From Mycobacteriales bacterium (lineage in GTDB: Bacteria > Actinomycetota > Actinomycetes > JAFAQI01), in assembly GCA_036268405.1 (NCBI GenBank), contig DATAUF010000121.1, positions 9,086-73,085 on the forward strand: 64,000 nt of DNA, written 5' to 3'. The notes beneath the pieces were generated by a model, which was given only the letters and a program-made list of their open reading frames with translations, was not told where the DNA came from and searched no databases. How positions within the stretch are numbered: position 1 is the first letter of the stretch; every line of letters starts with the position of its first letter. Both the position numbers and the translations under genes were made by a program. Below are positions 51,399-60,335 of the stretch, in pieces.

Positions 51399-52291
51399 CG
51401 ACGGCGTTGACGGCGACCGGTCTCGGTAAGCGTTACGGCCGGAAGTGGGCGCTGCGCGGCTGCACGGTCGAGATTCCTGAAGGCCGTGTGGCGGGCCTGG
51501 TCGGACCCAACGGTGCCGGCAAGAGCACGCTGCTCCACCTCATGGTCGGGTTGCTCGCGCCGACCGAGGGATCGGTGGAGGTGCTCGGCCGCGGTCCCGC
51601 GATCGACGCGGAGCAGCTCGGTCGCGTCGGGTTCCTGGCCCAGGACGCGCCGATCTACGCGTCCTTGTCGATCGCCGACCATCTCCGTTTCGGGGCACAC
51701 CTCAACCCCGGCTGGGATGGGGCCTTCGCGAAGGAGCGGATCGACGCTCTCGACCTCGACCCCGCGCAGCGAGCCGGCCGTCTGTCGGGCGGCCAGCGTG
51801 CCCAGCTGGCTCTCACCCTTGCGCTCGCGAAGCGGCCGGGCATCCTGCTCCTCGATGAGCCGGTCGCAAGTCTCGACCCACTGGCGCGACGCGACTTCCT
51901 GGCGGTTCTCGCCGGATACGTCGCGGAGCACGGAATCAGCGTTTTGATGTCTTCGCACCTGCTTGCTGACCTTGAGCGGGTGTGTGACTACCTGGTGCTG
52001 GTTTCCGCGGCGCGGGTTCAGCTCGCAGACGAGGTCGACGACCTCCTCGCGACACATCGCCGGATCATCGGGGCTCGTCGCGACCTGTCCACTCTTCCCG
52101 CAGACCAGCACGTCGTCTGGGAGAGCCACACCGACCGGCAGACGACCGCCGTCATCCAAGTTGACGGACCGATCCACGACCCGTCATGGCAGGTCGAGGA
52201 GCTCAGTCTCGAGGATGTGGTTCTGGCCTACATGGGCGGCGGCGCTGATACCGGCCTGTACGCCCGACCCGCGTTGGGAGTGGCCCGATGA
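51395..52291 (+). CDS. ABC transporter ATP-binding protein (ABC-2/YtrB-like)
   Basis: GPNGAGKSTL (Walker A), LSGGQRAQLAL, LLLDEP. ATGA overlaps on both sides. Confidence 0.85.
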   Translation: MTTALTATGLGKRYGRKWALRGCTVEIPEGRVAGLVGPNGAGKSTLLHLMVGLLAPTEGSVEVLGRGPAIDAEQLGRVGFLAQDAPIYASLSIADHLRFGAHLNPGWDGAFAKERIDALDLDPAQRAGRLSGGQRAQLALTLALAKRPGILLLDEPVASLDPLARRDFLAVLAGYVAEHGISVLMSSHLLADLERVCDYLVLVSAARVQLADEVDDLLATHRRIIGARRDLSTLPADQHVVWESHTDRQTTAVIQVDGPIHDPSWQVEELSLEDVVLAYMGGGADTGLYARPALGVAR

Positions 52292-53331
52292 CCTGGATGA
52301 CCTGGCGTCAGATGAGGGCAGGCTCACTCGCGGCACTTGCGGTGGTCGCGGCCGCCGCGATCACCCTCACGATCACCGGCGTGCACCTGAGCAGTCTCTA
52401 CTCGGGCTATCTGTCGTGCAGCGGCTTCACCTGTAACGCCAAGCTCGACGACATCGGCCGCAGCTATCGCCACATCAAGCTGATCGGCACGGCTCTGATC
52501 GCGGTGCCTGTGGTGCTCGGCGTCTTCTGGGGGGCACCACTGGTCGCTCGTGAGATCGAGAGCGGCACGTATCGCTTGGCATGGGTCCAAGGTGTCAGCC
52601 GCACGCGGTGGATGGCATCCAAGCTCGCCGTCACGGGCGCGGCGACGGCACTTGTCGCAGGTGCGCTCACGTTCGCGTTCACCTGGTGGGCGATTCCGTT
52701 CGATCGGATCGAGGCCAACCGGATCGATCCCTCGATCTTTGCCGATCGAGGCATCGTCCCCGTGGCGTACGCGCTGTTCGCGGTCGCCCTCGGAGTGGCA
52801 GCCGGCACGATCATTCGGCGGACCCTGCCCGCGATGGCAGTGACGTTGGTGGGCTTCATCGCCGTCCGGATGGTGATCCAGTTCTACGTGCGCGCGCACC
52901 TCATCGCTCCGGTGCACCGGGTGTTCGCGCTGACCCAGCGGTTCGGCCTGGGCATCGAGCGATCGCCATCGGGCATTCAGCTCCAGGCGGGGACGCCAGA
53001 GTTTCACGGTGCGTGGGTCACCAGCTCACACCTGGTCGACTCCGCGGGGCACGCTCCGACGTCCGCCTTCATCAACCAGGCATGCCGCGCGGTGCTTGAC
53101 GTCGCCCCGCCGAGTGGGCCGCCGCAGAAGGGAGGAGCCCCCAGCGGTCCGGCCATCCAAGCCTTCCAGACCTGCCTGTCCAACGTGGGCGCTCGCTATC
53201 ACCAGGTGGTGTCCTACCAACCTGCGTCGCGGTTCTGGGAGCTGCAGTGGCTGGAGTCAGCGATCTTCCTAGGTCTTGCAGCGGTACTCATCGGCTTGTC
53301 GATCTACTGGGTCCGCCGTCGCCTCGTCTGA
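52288..53331 (+). CDS. ABC-2 type transporter permease
   Basis: 6 predicted TM segments with a large first extracytoplasmic loop. Translationally coupled to the ATPase. Confidence 0.6.
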   Translation: MTWMTWRQMRAGSLAALAVVAAAAITLTITGVHLSSLYSGYLSCSGFTCNAKLDDIGRSYRHIKLIGTALIAVPVVLGVFWGAPLVAREIESGTYRLAWVQGVSRTRWMASKLAVTGAATALVAGALTFAFTWWAIPFDRIEANRIDPSIFADRGIVPVAYALFAVALGVAAGTIIRRTLPAMAVTLVGFIAVRMVIQFYVRAHLIAPVHRVFALTQRFGLGIERSPSGIQLQAGTPEFHGAWVTSSHLVDSAGHAPTSAFINQACRAVLDVAPPSGPPQKGGAPSGPAIQAFQTCLSNVGARYHQVVSYQPASRFWELQWLESAIFLGLAAVLIGLSIYWVRRRLV

Positions 53332-53337
53332 CGTGCG

Positions 53338-53382
53338 AATGGAACGAGCCCGCAGGCAGTCGGCCTGCGGGCTCGTTCCATT
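53338..53382. terminator. Bidirectional intrinsic terminator (perfect 20-bp stem, 5-nt loop)
   Basis: AATGGAACGAGCCCGCAGGC-agtcg-GCCTGCGGGCTCGTTCCATT, followed by T residues. It sits between the permease stop (53331) and the 3' end of tRNA-His (53383). Confidence 0.7.
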
Positions 53383-53459
53383 TGGGGTGAGTGACGGGGC
53401 TCGAACCCGCGGCCACCGAGACCACAACCCGGTGCTCTACCAGCTGAGCTACACCCACC
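53383..53459 (-). tRNA. tRNA-His: tRNA-His (anticodon GTG), with encoded G-1 and CCA
   Basis: Reverse complement folds as G-GTGGGTG/TA/GCTC-AGCTGGTA-GAGC/A/CCGGG-TTGTGGT-CTCGG/TGGCC/GCGGG-TTCGAGC-CCCGT/CACTCAC-C-CCA. The extra 5' G is the His identity element. Confidence 0.9.
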
Positions 53460-53496
53460 ATCGCGGCCCGACAACGACCGAACCGCGCGGCAAAGT

Positions 53497-54150
53497 CTAA
53501 CCGGATGCGGGCTGGTTCTCGCTGGCCGGCGGTGCGGCGAGGCCGAGGCTCCGTGCCGCGGCGCGTGCCGCGTCCGTGTCCGGCCCAGGTGCCGGGACCA
53601 TCACCGTCGCCCGGTAGTAACGCAGCTCGTCGATGCTCTCCTTGATGTCGGCGAGCGCGCGGTGCCCGCCGTTCTTGGCCGGCGCGTTGTAGTACGAGCG
53701 CGGGTACCAGCGCCGGGCGAGCTCCTTGATCGAGGACACGTCGATCATCCGGTAGTGCAGATGCGCGTCGAGGCGCGGCATATAGCGGGCGATGAAGGCA
53801 CGGTCGGTCGCGATCGTGTTGCCACACAGCGGCGCCTTGCGCGGCTCGGGGATGTACCGCTCGAGGTACTCCATGACGAGCTCCTCGGCCTGCTCCACGG
53901 TGGTGGCCGCGTGGCGGATCGCGTCCAGGAGTCCGGAGGTCGTGTGCATCTCGCGTACCACCTGGTCCATGGCGACCAGCTGCGACGGTGTTGCCGCGAT
54001 GACGATGTCGAGGCCCTCGTCGAGCGGGGTCAGCTCGGCATCGGTGACGATGACGGCGATCTCCACCATCACGTTGCGCTGCGGGTCGAGGCCCGTCATC
54101 TCGCAGTCGATCCAGACCAACGCGTCGCCGGTGCGTGAGCCTGCCGTCAT
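53497..54150 (-). CDS. orn: Oligoribonuclease
   Basis: LVWIDCEMTGLD (DEDDh exo I), CGNTIATDRAFI, HRALADIKESIDELRYYR. Start chosen at ATG 54150; an upstream start at 54183 is also possible. Confidence 0.85.
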   Translation of the reverse strand: MTAGSRTGDALVWIDCEMTGLDPQRNVMVEIAVIVTDAELTPLDEGLDIVIAATPSQLVAMDQVVREMHTTSGLLDAIRHAATTVEQAEELVMEYLERYIPEPRKAPLCGNTIATDRAFIARYMPRLDAHLHYRMIDVSSIKELARRWYPRSYYNAPAKNGGHRALADIKESIDELRYYRATVMVPAPGPDTDAARAAARSLGLAAPPASENQPASG

Positions 54151-54215
54151 GACGACAAGAGTTGCACGCCCTACCCTTGCCATGGCGGGGAGAGCAGTCT
54201 GCCTTGCCTTCTTGA

Positions 54216-54288
54216 GCGCCCGTAGCTCAGCGGATAGAGCAGCTGCCTTCTAAGCAGCCGGTCGCAGGTTCGATCCCTGCCGGGCGCG
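54216..54288 (+). tRNA. tRNA-Arg: tRNA-Arg (anticodon TCT)
   Basis: GCGCCCG/TA/GCTC-AGCGGATA-GAGC/A/GCTGC-CTTCTAA-GCAGC/CGGTC/GCAGG-TTCGATC-CCTGC/CGGGCGC-G. CCA is not encoded. Confidence 0.9.
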
Positions 54289-55716
54289 CGGCGACAGCAC
54301 GATCGGTACGTCCCTGCGGCGGGCAAGGACTCCTGCGGATACCACCGCGCTGGCTGCGAAGAACCCGACGATGAGCTCGATCCCGTGCCGGTACGGCGTG
54401 ATCACGCTGCCATCGTGCGACGACAGCAGTCCGATCAACGCGGCGACGCCGAGCACCGTGCCGAGCTGCCGAGCCATGTTGAGGATCCCGCTGCCGACGC
54501 CGAACCAGGCGGGCGGGATCGCCGAGGTCCCGGCGCCGAGCAGTGACGGGATGCTCAGACCGACCCCGATGCCACCGATGACCTGGGCCGGCAGCATCTC
54601 GGCGGCGTACGACGGGTGAACTCCGATCGATGCGAGCAGCAACAGCTGGGACGACATGTTGACGACTGCCCCGAGCACGGCGACTCGACCTGGCCCCCCC
54701 AGTCGCGTGACGAGTCGCGGCGTGACGAGGCGAGCGACGGGGAGCACACACAACGGACCGGGTGCGATCGCCAGACCCGCCCGAACCGCCGAGAAGTGCC
54801 ATGCGCCGGTGAGGAACTCGACGGTGTTGAGCGCGAACGCACCGAAGCCCGCGTAGTAGAGGACAGAGACGCCGAACGCACCGCTGAAGGACCTGATGCG
54901 CAGCAGCGGTAGCTCGATCACCGGTGCTGGGTGCCGCGCTGAGTGACGCAGCACGATGGCAACCCCCACGACAGCAGCGGCAACGGTGACGCCCAAGCGC
55001 CACGACGTCCAGCCCCAGTCGGGTGCCTTCACCAGGCCGAACGCCGCGGAGCCGACGGCCGCCGCCAGAACCCCAGCACCCAACAGGTCGGGGTGGTGTC
55101 TGGCCTGTGGGTCGCGGCTCTCGGTGAGGGTGCGCCGCGCCAGCGCGAGCGCGATCAGTCCGACCGGCAGGTTGACCCAGAAGACCCACCGCCAGTCGAG
55201 CTGCACCAGCAGCCCGCCGATCACCGGTCCGAGTCCCGCTCCGAGCGCGCCGACCGCCGACCACGTCCCGATCGCCCGCGCCCTGCCCTCAGCGGGCACC
55301 AGCGCGAGCAGCAATGACAGTGACGTCGGGACCATCATTCCGGCGCCGACCGCCTGCGCGACCCGCGCGCCGATCAGGAAGTCCAGGCCAGGCGCCAGCC
55401 CGCATGCGGCGGAGCCCGCGACGAACATGCCGAGTCCAAGGCTGAAGACGAACCGGCGGCCAACTCGGTCCGCCCACCGGCCGGCCGGCACGAGCACCGC
55501 CGCGAAGACGATGGTGTAGGCGTTGAGGATCCACGACATTCCGGACAGCGTGCTGCCGGCGAAGTCGTGACCGATGTAGGGGAACGCCAGGTTCACGATG
55601 AACAGGTCGAGGCTCGACATGAAGACCGCGATGGACAGCACAGCGAGGGCGGCATTCGGTGAGGATGCAGAGGGGGAGGCCGGCTGGCGCGGTGTCGGGC
55701 TGTCAGGCGTGGTCAC
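54250..55716 (-). CDS. MFS transporter, DHA2 (EmrB/QacA-like, 14-TM) family
   Basis: Start at GTG 55716 (GGAGG 5-6 nt upstream). LAVLSIAVFMSSLDLFIVNLAFPYI, AGRWADRVGRR motif, many TM segments. The last 13 codons run antisense through tRNA-Arg. Confidence 0.8.
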   Translation of the reverse strand: MTTPDSPTPRQPASPSASSPNAALAVLSIAVFMSSLDLFIVNLAFPYIGHDFAGSTLSGMSWILNAYTIVFAAVLVPAGRWADRVGRRFVFSLGLGMFVAGSAACGLAPGLDFLIGARVAQAVGAGMMVPTSLSLLLALVPAEGRARAIGTWSAVGALGAGLGPVIGGLLVQLDWRWVFWVNLPVGLIALALARRTLTESRDPQARHHPDLLGAGVLAAAVGSAAFGLVKAPDWGWTSWRLGVTVAAAVVGVAIVLRHSARHPAPVIELPLLRIRSFSGAFGVSVLYYAGFGAFALNTVEFLTGAWHFSAVRAGLAIAPGPLCVLPVARLVTPRLVTRLGGPGRVAVLGAVVNMSSQLLLLASIGVHPSYAAEMLPAQVIGGIGVGLSIPSLLGAGTSAIPPAWFGVGSGILNMARQLGTVLGVAALIGLLSSHDGSVITPYRHGIELIVGFFAASAVVSAGVLARRRDVPIVLSPRARQGSNLRPAA

Positions 55717-55732
55717 GAGGGCCTCCGGTGCG

Positions 55733-55755
55733 GTCAGTCTGGAATCCGGACTGAC
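55733..55755. promoter_or_regulatory. Candidate HxlR operator (23-bp near-perfect palindrome)
   Basis: GTCAGTCTGGA-A-TCCGGACTGAC (10/11 arm matches) lies between the divergent MFS and HxlR genes. The half-site GACTGAC recurs at ~55781-55787. Confidence 0.4.
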
Positions 55756-55805
55756 AATAGGGCAGTTAGTACGAAAAGTCGACTGACTGTCGTACGCTGT
55801 GACGC

Positions 55806-56243
55806 ATGGCACTCGCGACAGCTTCGGTTCGCGCCTGCTCTGTCGCCCGGACCCTCGAGGTTGTGGGCGAGAAGTGGGCCCTGCTCGCGATCCGCGAGGT
55901 GTTCCTGGGCGCGCGCAAGTTCGAGGAGATGGTCGCCAACACCGGCGCGCCGCGCGACACGTTGGCCGCACGGCTGAAGACCCTCGTCGCCCACGGCATC
56001 CTCGAGCGCCGGCGCTACTCCGAGCGCCCGCCCCGCGACGAGTACGTGCTGACCGACGCCGGCCGCGACCTCTATCCCGTCATCATCAGCCTCATGCAGT
56101 GGGGCGACCGTCATCGCCCCCTCGACGGCGGCCCGCCGATGCTGCTCGAGCACAGCTGCGGCCACCGGATGCACGCCCGGCTGACGTGCGAAAGCTGCGG
56201 CGGGCTCGTCGAGTACGGCACCGCCAAGCGGATCAGGGCATAG
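55806..56243 (+). CDS. HxlR family transcriptional regulator
   Basis: CSVARTLEVVGEKWALLAIREVFLGARKFEEMVANTGAPRDTLAARLKTLVAHGILERRRY...EYVLTDAGRDL. Confidence 0.85.
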   Translation: MALATASVRACSVARTLEVVGEKWALLAIREVFLGARKFEEMVANTGAPRDTLAARLKTLVAHGILERRRYSERPPRDEYVLTDAGRDLYPVIISLMQWGDRHRPLDGGPPMLLEHSCGHRMHARLTCESCGGLVEYGTAKRIRA

Positions 56244-56315
56244 CGGACCACCGAAGTAACCAGCGCCACACCTCGCCACGCTGCTGGTGCCTCGGCCGGG
56301 TGACAGGATCGGCGC

Positions 56316-57875
56316 GTGGGCGGAGGGCATCTGGCGGCGCACGCCGAGCGCGTCGCGGCGCGGCGCCGCTGGTGGAACACCGGAGCCGCAGTCCTCGTCC
56401 GGACCAGGGTCAGTCTGATCATCTCGCTGTTGCTGCTCAACATCGTCGGGGCCGCGGCGACGGCGCTTGTCGCGCTCTATGTGGTGCCGGAGCCCAAGCA
56501 GCTCACCTCGGCGGGCGCGGTCGGCACCTACGTCGCGATTGCGATTGCCTACGCGGCGGTCGCTGTCGCGGTCGGCGTCGTGGTGGGCGTGCGCTCGCTG
56601 TCCAGCCTTGGTGAATGGCTTCCCTCCGAGAAGCCGCCCACCCCTGAGCAGCAGCTCGTCGTCCTGAGGGGTCCGCGCACGCTGGCGCGCGGAATCGGCC
56701 TGCTGTGGTTCGGCGGCACCGTTCTCTTCGGGGCCTTGACCCTGAATCGGTCGATCGACGGCGGGCTGCGGATGACCGCGATCGTCGGACTGAGCGGCAT
56801 CATCACCAGCTCCGTCGCCTTCCGGTTGTCCGAAAGACTGCTCCGAGAGGCCGCGGCCCGCGCCCTGTCAGCCTCCGAGCACCCGCAACGCATCGCCCAG
56901 TCCGTCGCGGTTCGCTCGATCATGACGTGGGTGGCCGGGACAGGCGCACCGGTCCTTGGTGTCGTGCTGCTCGGCGTGGCCAGCATTGTCGACCCCGTCG
57001 GCAGCCGTCGCGAGCTCGCGATCGCCACGGCTGTGCTCGGCGCGAACTGCTTGCTGGCCGGATTCCTCACGACCGTCTTCGTCGCCCGCGCGACCGCTGA
57101 CCCCATCATCTCGGTACGCCGCGCGCTGGCCCGGATCGAACGTGGCGAGCTCGACGTCTCCGTGCCGGTCTACGACGGAACCGACATCGGCTTGCTGCAA
57201 GCCGGCTTCAACCGGATGGCGGCCGGACTGCGCGAGCGCGAACAGCTGCGCGACCTGTTCGGCCGGCACGTCGGAGTCGACGTCGCACGACAGGCGCTCG
57301 AGCAGGGGATGGCGCTGGGCGGCGAACAACTTGACGTCGCCGTCCTCTATATCGACATCGTCGGGTCGACCATGTTGGCGCGAAAGCTCCCGCCGGCCGA
57401 GGTGGTCGAGCTGTTGAACCGGTTCTTCGCGATCGTCATCGACGTGGTGGAGTCGCAGCGGGGCTCGATCAACAAGTTCGCCGGCGACGCCGCGCTTGCG
57501 ATCTTCGGTGCGCCTGTCCCGTTGCCCGACCGCCATGTCCGAGCACTGGCGTCAGCGCGGCTGCTCGCCGAGCGGGTGAGGGCCGACATGCCGGACATCG
57601 ACTTCGGGGTCGGTGTCGCCTCGGGTCCTGCGGTGGCCGGCAACGTCGGCGGAACCAGCCGCTTCGAATACACCGTGATCGGTGACCCGGTCAACGAGGC
57701 CGCCCGGCTCGGCGAGCTCGCAAAGACCATTCCCGGGCGGGTTGCCGCATCCGGAAGCCTGATCCGCGAGGCGGCGGTTGAGGGTTGGTCGGCCGCCGAC
57801 GAGGTCGCGTTGCGTGGGCGTGGCGTGACGACGACCGTCTACACGCCCGACCCGGTAGGTCTAGGGATCGGCTGA
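56316..57875 (+). CDS. Membrane-anchored class III adenylate cyclase with HAMP domain (Rv1318c-type)
   Basis: 6 TM segments, HAMP (DPIISVRRALARIERGELDVSVPVYDGTDIGLLQAGFNRMAAGL), cyclase core (VAVLYIDIVGSTMLA...INKFAGDAALAIFGAP...VAGNVGG..RFEYTVIGDPVNEAARL). Start codon is uncertain. Confidence 0.8.
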   Translation: MGGGHLAAHAERVAARRRWWNTGAAVLVRTRVSLIISLLLLNIVGAAATALVALYVVPEPKQLTSAGAVGTYVAIAIAYAAVAVAVGVVVGVRSLSSLGEWLPSEKPPTPEQQLVVLRGPRTLARGIGLLWFGGTVLFGALTLNRSIDGGLRMTAIVGLSGIITSSVAFRLSERLLREAAARALSASEHPQRIAQSVAVRSIMTWVAGTGAPVLGVVLLGVASIVDPVGSRRELAIATAVLGANCLLAGFLTTVFVARATADPIISVRRALARIERGELDVSVPVYDGTDIGLLQAGFNRMAAGLREREQLRDLFGRHVGVDVARQALEQGMALGGEQLDVAVLYIDIVGSTMLARKLPPAEVVELLNRFFAIVIDVVESQRGSINKFAGDAALAIFGAPVPLPDRHVRALASARLLAERVRADMPDIDFGVGVASGPAVAGNVGGTSRFEYTVIGDPVNEAARLGELAKTIPGRVAASGSLIREAAVEGWSAADEVALRGRGVTTTVYTPDPVGLGIG

Positions 57876-57896
57876 CGCGCGTCCCGTCCGCCGCTA

Positions 57897-58721
57897 GTGT
57901 CCCGGTCGACCAACACCGCTCGGAAGGACCACCTGGTGCTGCTGGACGTGGAGCACGTCACAGTGCGCTTCGGCGGTCTGGCAGCGCTGACCGACGTCTC
58001 CGCTGCGGTGGCCGATGGCGAGGTCGTGGGGGTGATCGGTCCCAACGGGGCCGGCAAGACGACACTTTTCAACGTCATCTGCGGCTTCGTCAGGCCCGCC
58101 CAGGGTGAGTTGCGGTGGCGCGGCGAACCGCTGCGCCGCCATCACCCGCACCAGCTCGCCGGCCTCGGGATCGCGCGGACCCTGCAGGGTCTTGGCCTCT
58201 TTCCGCATCTCAGCGTTCTCGACAACGTGCTCGTCGGCGCAGATCGACATGGCAAGGCGTGGTTCGGGTCGGGGCTGTTCGCCTTGCCGCGCGGTGACCG
58301 CGACGAGCGACACCTCCGCGAGCGCGCCACCGAGGCACTGCGACGGCTTGGCATCGAGGATGCGGCGGGGCTGCTACCGGGCCAGCTGCCCTACGGCGTG
58401 CAGAAGCGGGTGTCCCTGGCCCGTGCACTGGTCGCCGACCCGGCGCTGCTGTTGCTCGACGAGCCGGCATCGGGTCTTTCTGCGCAGGAGATGTCCGAGC
58501 TCGTCGAGCTCGTCCGTGATCTCAAGCAGCACACCGCGGTCCTGCTGGTCGAGCACCACATGGACCTCGTGATGAGTGTGTGCGACCGCATCGTCGTCCT
58601 TGACTTCGGCCGTTGCATCGCGACCGGGACGCCCTCGCAGGTGCGAGATGACCCAAAGGTGCTCGAGGCCTACCTCGGCGAGCAGATCGACGACGCGACC
58701 GACGAGGTGAGCAGTGCCTGA
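57897..58721 (+). CDS. Branched-chain amino acid ABC transporter ATP-binding protein (LivG-like)
   Basis: GPNGAGKTTLFNVICGF, LPYGVQKRVSLARAL, LLLDEPASGL. The true start is possibly downstream. Confidence 0.8.
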   Translation: MSRSTNTARKDHLVLLDVEHVTVRFGGLAALTDVSAAVADGEVVGVIGPNGAGKTTLFNVICGFVRPAQGELRWRGEPLRRHHPHQLAGLGIARTLQGLGLFPHLSVLDNVLVGADRHGKAWFGSGLFALPRGDRDERHLRERATEALRRLGIEDAAGLLPGQLPYGVQKRVSLARALVADPALLLLDEPASGLSAQEMSELVELVRDLKQHTAVLLVEHHMDLVMSVCDRIVVLDFGRCIATGTPSQVRDDPKVLEAYLGEQIDDATDEVSSA

Positions 58722-59451
58722 CGTCGCGCGGAAGGACGCGGGGCTCAGCATCGACGGCGTTGTCACGATGTACGGCGCGGTCCGCGCGTTGGACGGCGTC
58801 TCGCTCGAGATCCCGGACGGTCAGATCACCGCCATCCTTGGGGCCAACGGCGCCGGGAAGACCACGTTGCTTCGCACCGTCAACGGGCTCGTGCATCCTT
58901 CGGCCGGCACGATCACCTACCACGGGCACAACCTGGTCGGCGCCCCGGTCGAGCGGGTGGTGACCTATGGCATCGCGCATGTCCCCGAAGGGCGCGGAGT
59001 GATCACCGAGCTCACGGTGGAGGAGAACCTCCGGCTCGGCGTGCTCTGGCGTACCGATCGTCGTGCGGTCACCGATGAGGGCCTGGCAACGGTCTACGAG
59101 ATGTTCCCGCCGCTCGCCGAGCGGCGCGACAAGATCTCCGACACCTTGTCCGGCGGCGAGCGACAGATGCTCGCGCTCGGTCGTGCCCTGATGAGCCGGC
59201 CGTCTCTGCTGCTGCTCGACGAGCCTTCGCTCGGCCTGGCGCCACGGGTGACCGCGCAGATCATGGCAACCCTCAAGCGGCTCAGCGGCACGGAGGGTCT
59301 CACCGTCGTGCTGGTCGAGCAGAACGCGCGCAGCGCACTGTCCGTCGCCGACACCGCGGTCGTGCTCAACCTCGGCCGAGTGGTTGCCTCCGGTGCCGCC
59401 GCCGACCTCGCCGGCGACGACAAACTCCGACACGCATATCTGGGGTTCTGA
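58714..59451 (+). CDS. Branched-chain amino acid ABC transporter ATP-binding protein (LivF-like)
   Basis: GANGAGKTTLL, LSGGERQMLALGRAL, LLLDEPSLGLAP. Confidence 0.8.
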   Translation: MPDVARKDAGLSIDGVVTMYGAVRALDGVSLEIPDGQITAILGANGAGKTTLLRTVNGLVHPSAGTITYHGHNLVGAPVERVVTYGIAHVPEGRGVITELTVEENLRLGVLWRTDRRAVTDEGLATVYEMFPPLAERRDKISDTLSGGERQMLALGRALMSRPSLLLLDEPSLGLAPRVTAQIMATLKRLSGTEGLTVVLVEQNARSALSVADTAVVLNLGRVVASGAAADLAGDDKLRHAYLGF

Positions 59452-60335
59452 TGACCTTCCTGAACCTCGTGATCTACGGCATCGCGAACGGCGCCATCTA
59501 CGCGCTACTTGCGCTTGCGTTGGTGTTGATCTGGCGCTCGACGAGAATCTTGAACTTCGCTCAGGCCGGCATGTTGATGTTCACGACGTTCATCGCGTGG
59601 GATCTCGTCCAGCGGCACGGCCTCAACTACTGGCTCGGCCTGGTGGTCGCGCTCGTCGCCGGGCTGATCCTCGGCGCGGTCGTCGAGAGACTGCTGATCA
59701 GACCCGTCGAGAACGGGCCACCGCTCAACCCGGTGATCGTCACACTTGGATTGCTACTGCTGATCGAGGCTGTTGCCGGAATGATCTGGGGTAACGGGCT
59801 GAGCTCGTTCTCGCCGAACTTCTCACTGAACTACTACCGCGTGGGCAACCAGGTGATTCTGTTCTCGCCCGACTACCTCTTCATCGTCCTGGCAGTCCTC
59901 GTCGTACTCATTGCGCTCTACCTCCTGTTTCAGCGCTCGCCAGTCGGGCTGCGGATGCGCGCCAGTGCTTTCAACCCGGAGGTCGCGCGGCTGCTCGGGG
60001 TCCGGGTCGGACGGCTGCTGACGCTGGGCTGGGCACTCGCGGCCATGGTGAGCGCACTCGCGGGGGTGCTGATCGCGGGCACCCAGCCGGACTACATGAA
60101 CCCCAACGCGTTCGACGGGCTGCTGATCTTCGGCTTCACAGCCGCGGTCATCGGCGGCCTGGAGTCTCCGCTCGGTGCGGTCATCGGCGGCGTCCTCGTC
60201 GGGGTGCTCCAGCAGATCCTCGACAACTACGTCAGCAACAACATCGACTTCTTCTACCTGTTGGTGATCCTTCTGGTCGTGCTGATGGTCCGGCCCAACG
60301 GGCTGTTCAACCGGACGTCGGTGAGGCGCGTATGA
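59451..60335 (+). CDS. Branched-chain amino acid ABC transporter permease (LivH-like)
   Basis: NGAIYALLALALVLIWRSTRILNFAQAGMLMF. TGATG junction with LivF. Confidence 0.8.
   Translation: MTFLNLVIYGIANGAIYALLALALVLIWRSTRILNFAQAGMLMFTTFIAWDLVQRHGLNYWLGLVVALVAGLILGAVVERLLIRPVENGPPLNPVIVTLGLLLLIEAVAGMIWGNGLSSFSPNFSLNYYRVGNQVILFSPDYLFIVLAVLVVLIALYLLFQRSPVGLRMRASAFNPEVARLLGVRVGRLLTLGWALAAMVSALAGVLIAGTQPDYMNPNAFDGLLIFGFTAAVIGGLESPLGAVIGGVLVGVLQQILDNYVSNNIDFFYLLVILLVVLMVRPNGLFNRTSVRRV

Noticed and set aside
53276-53500. 74-aa ORF spanning the terminator hairpin and tRNA-His
   Set aside because: It is explained entirely by the tRNA gene and the hairpin, with no coding signal.
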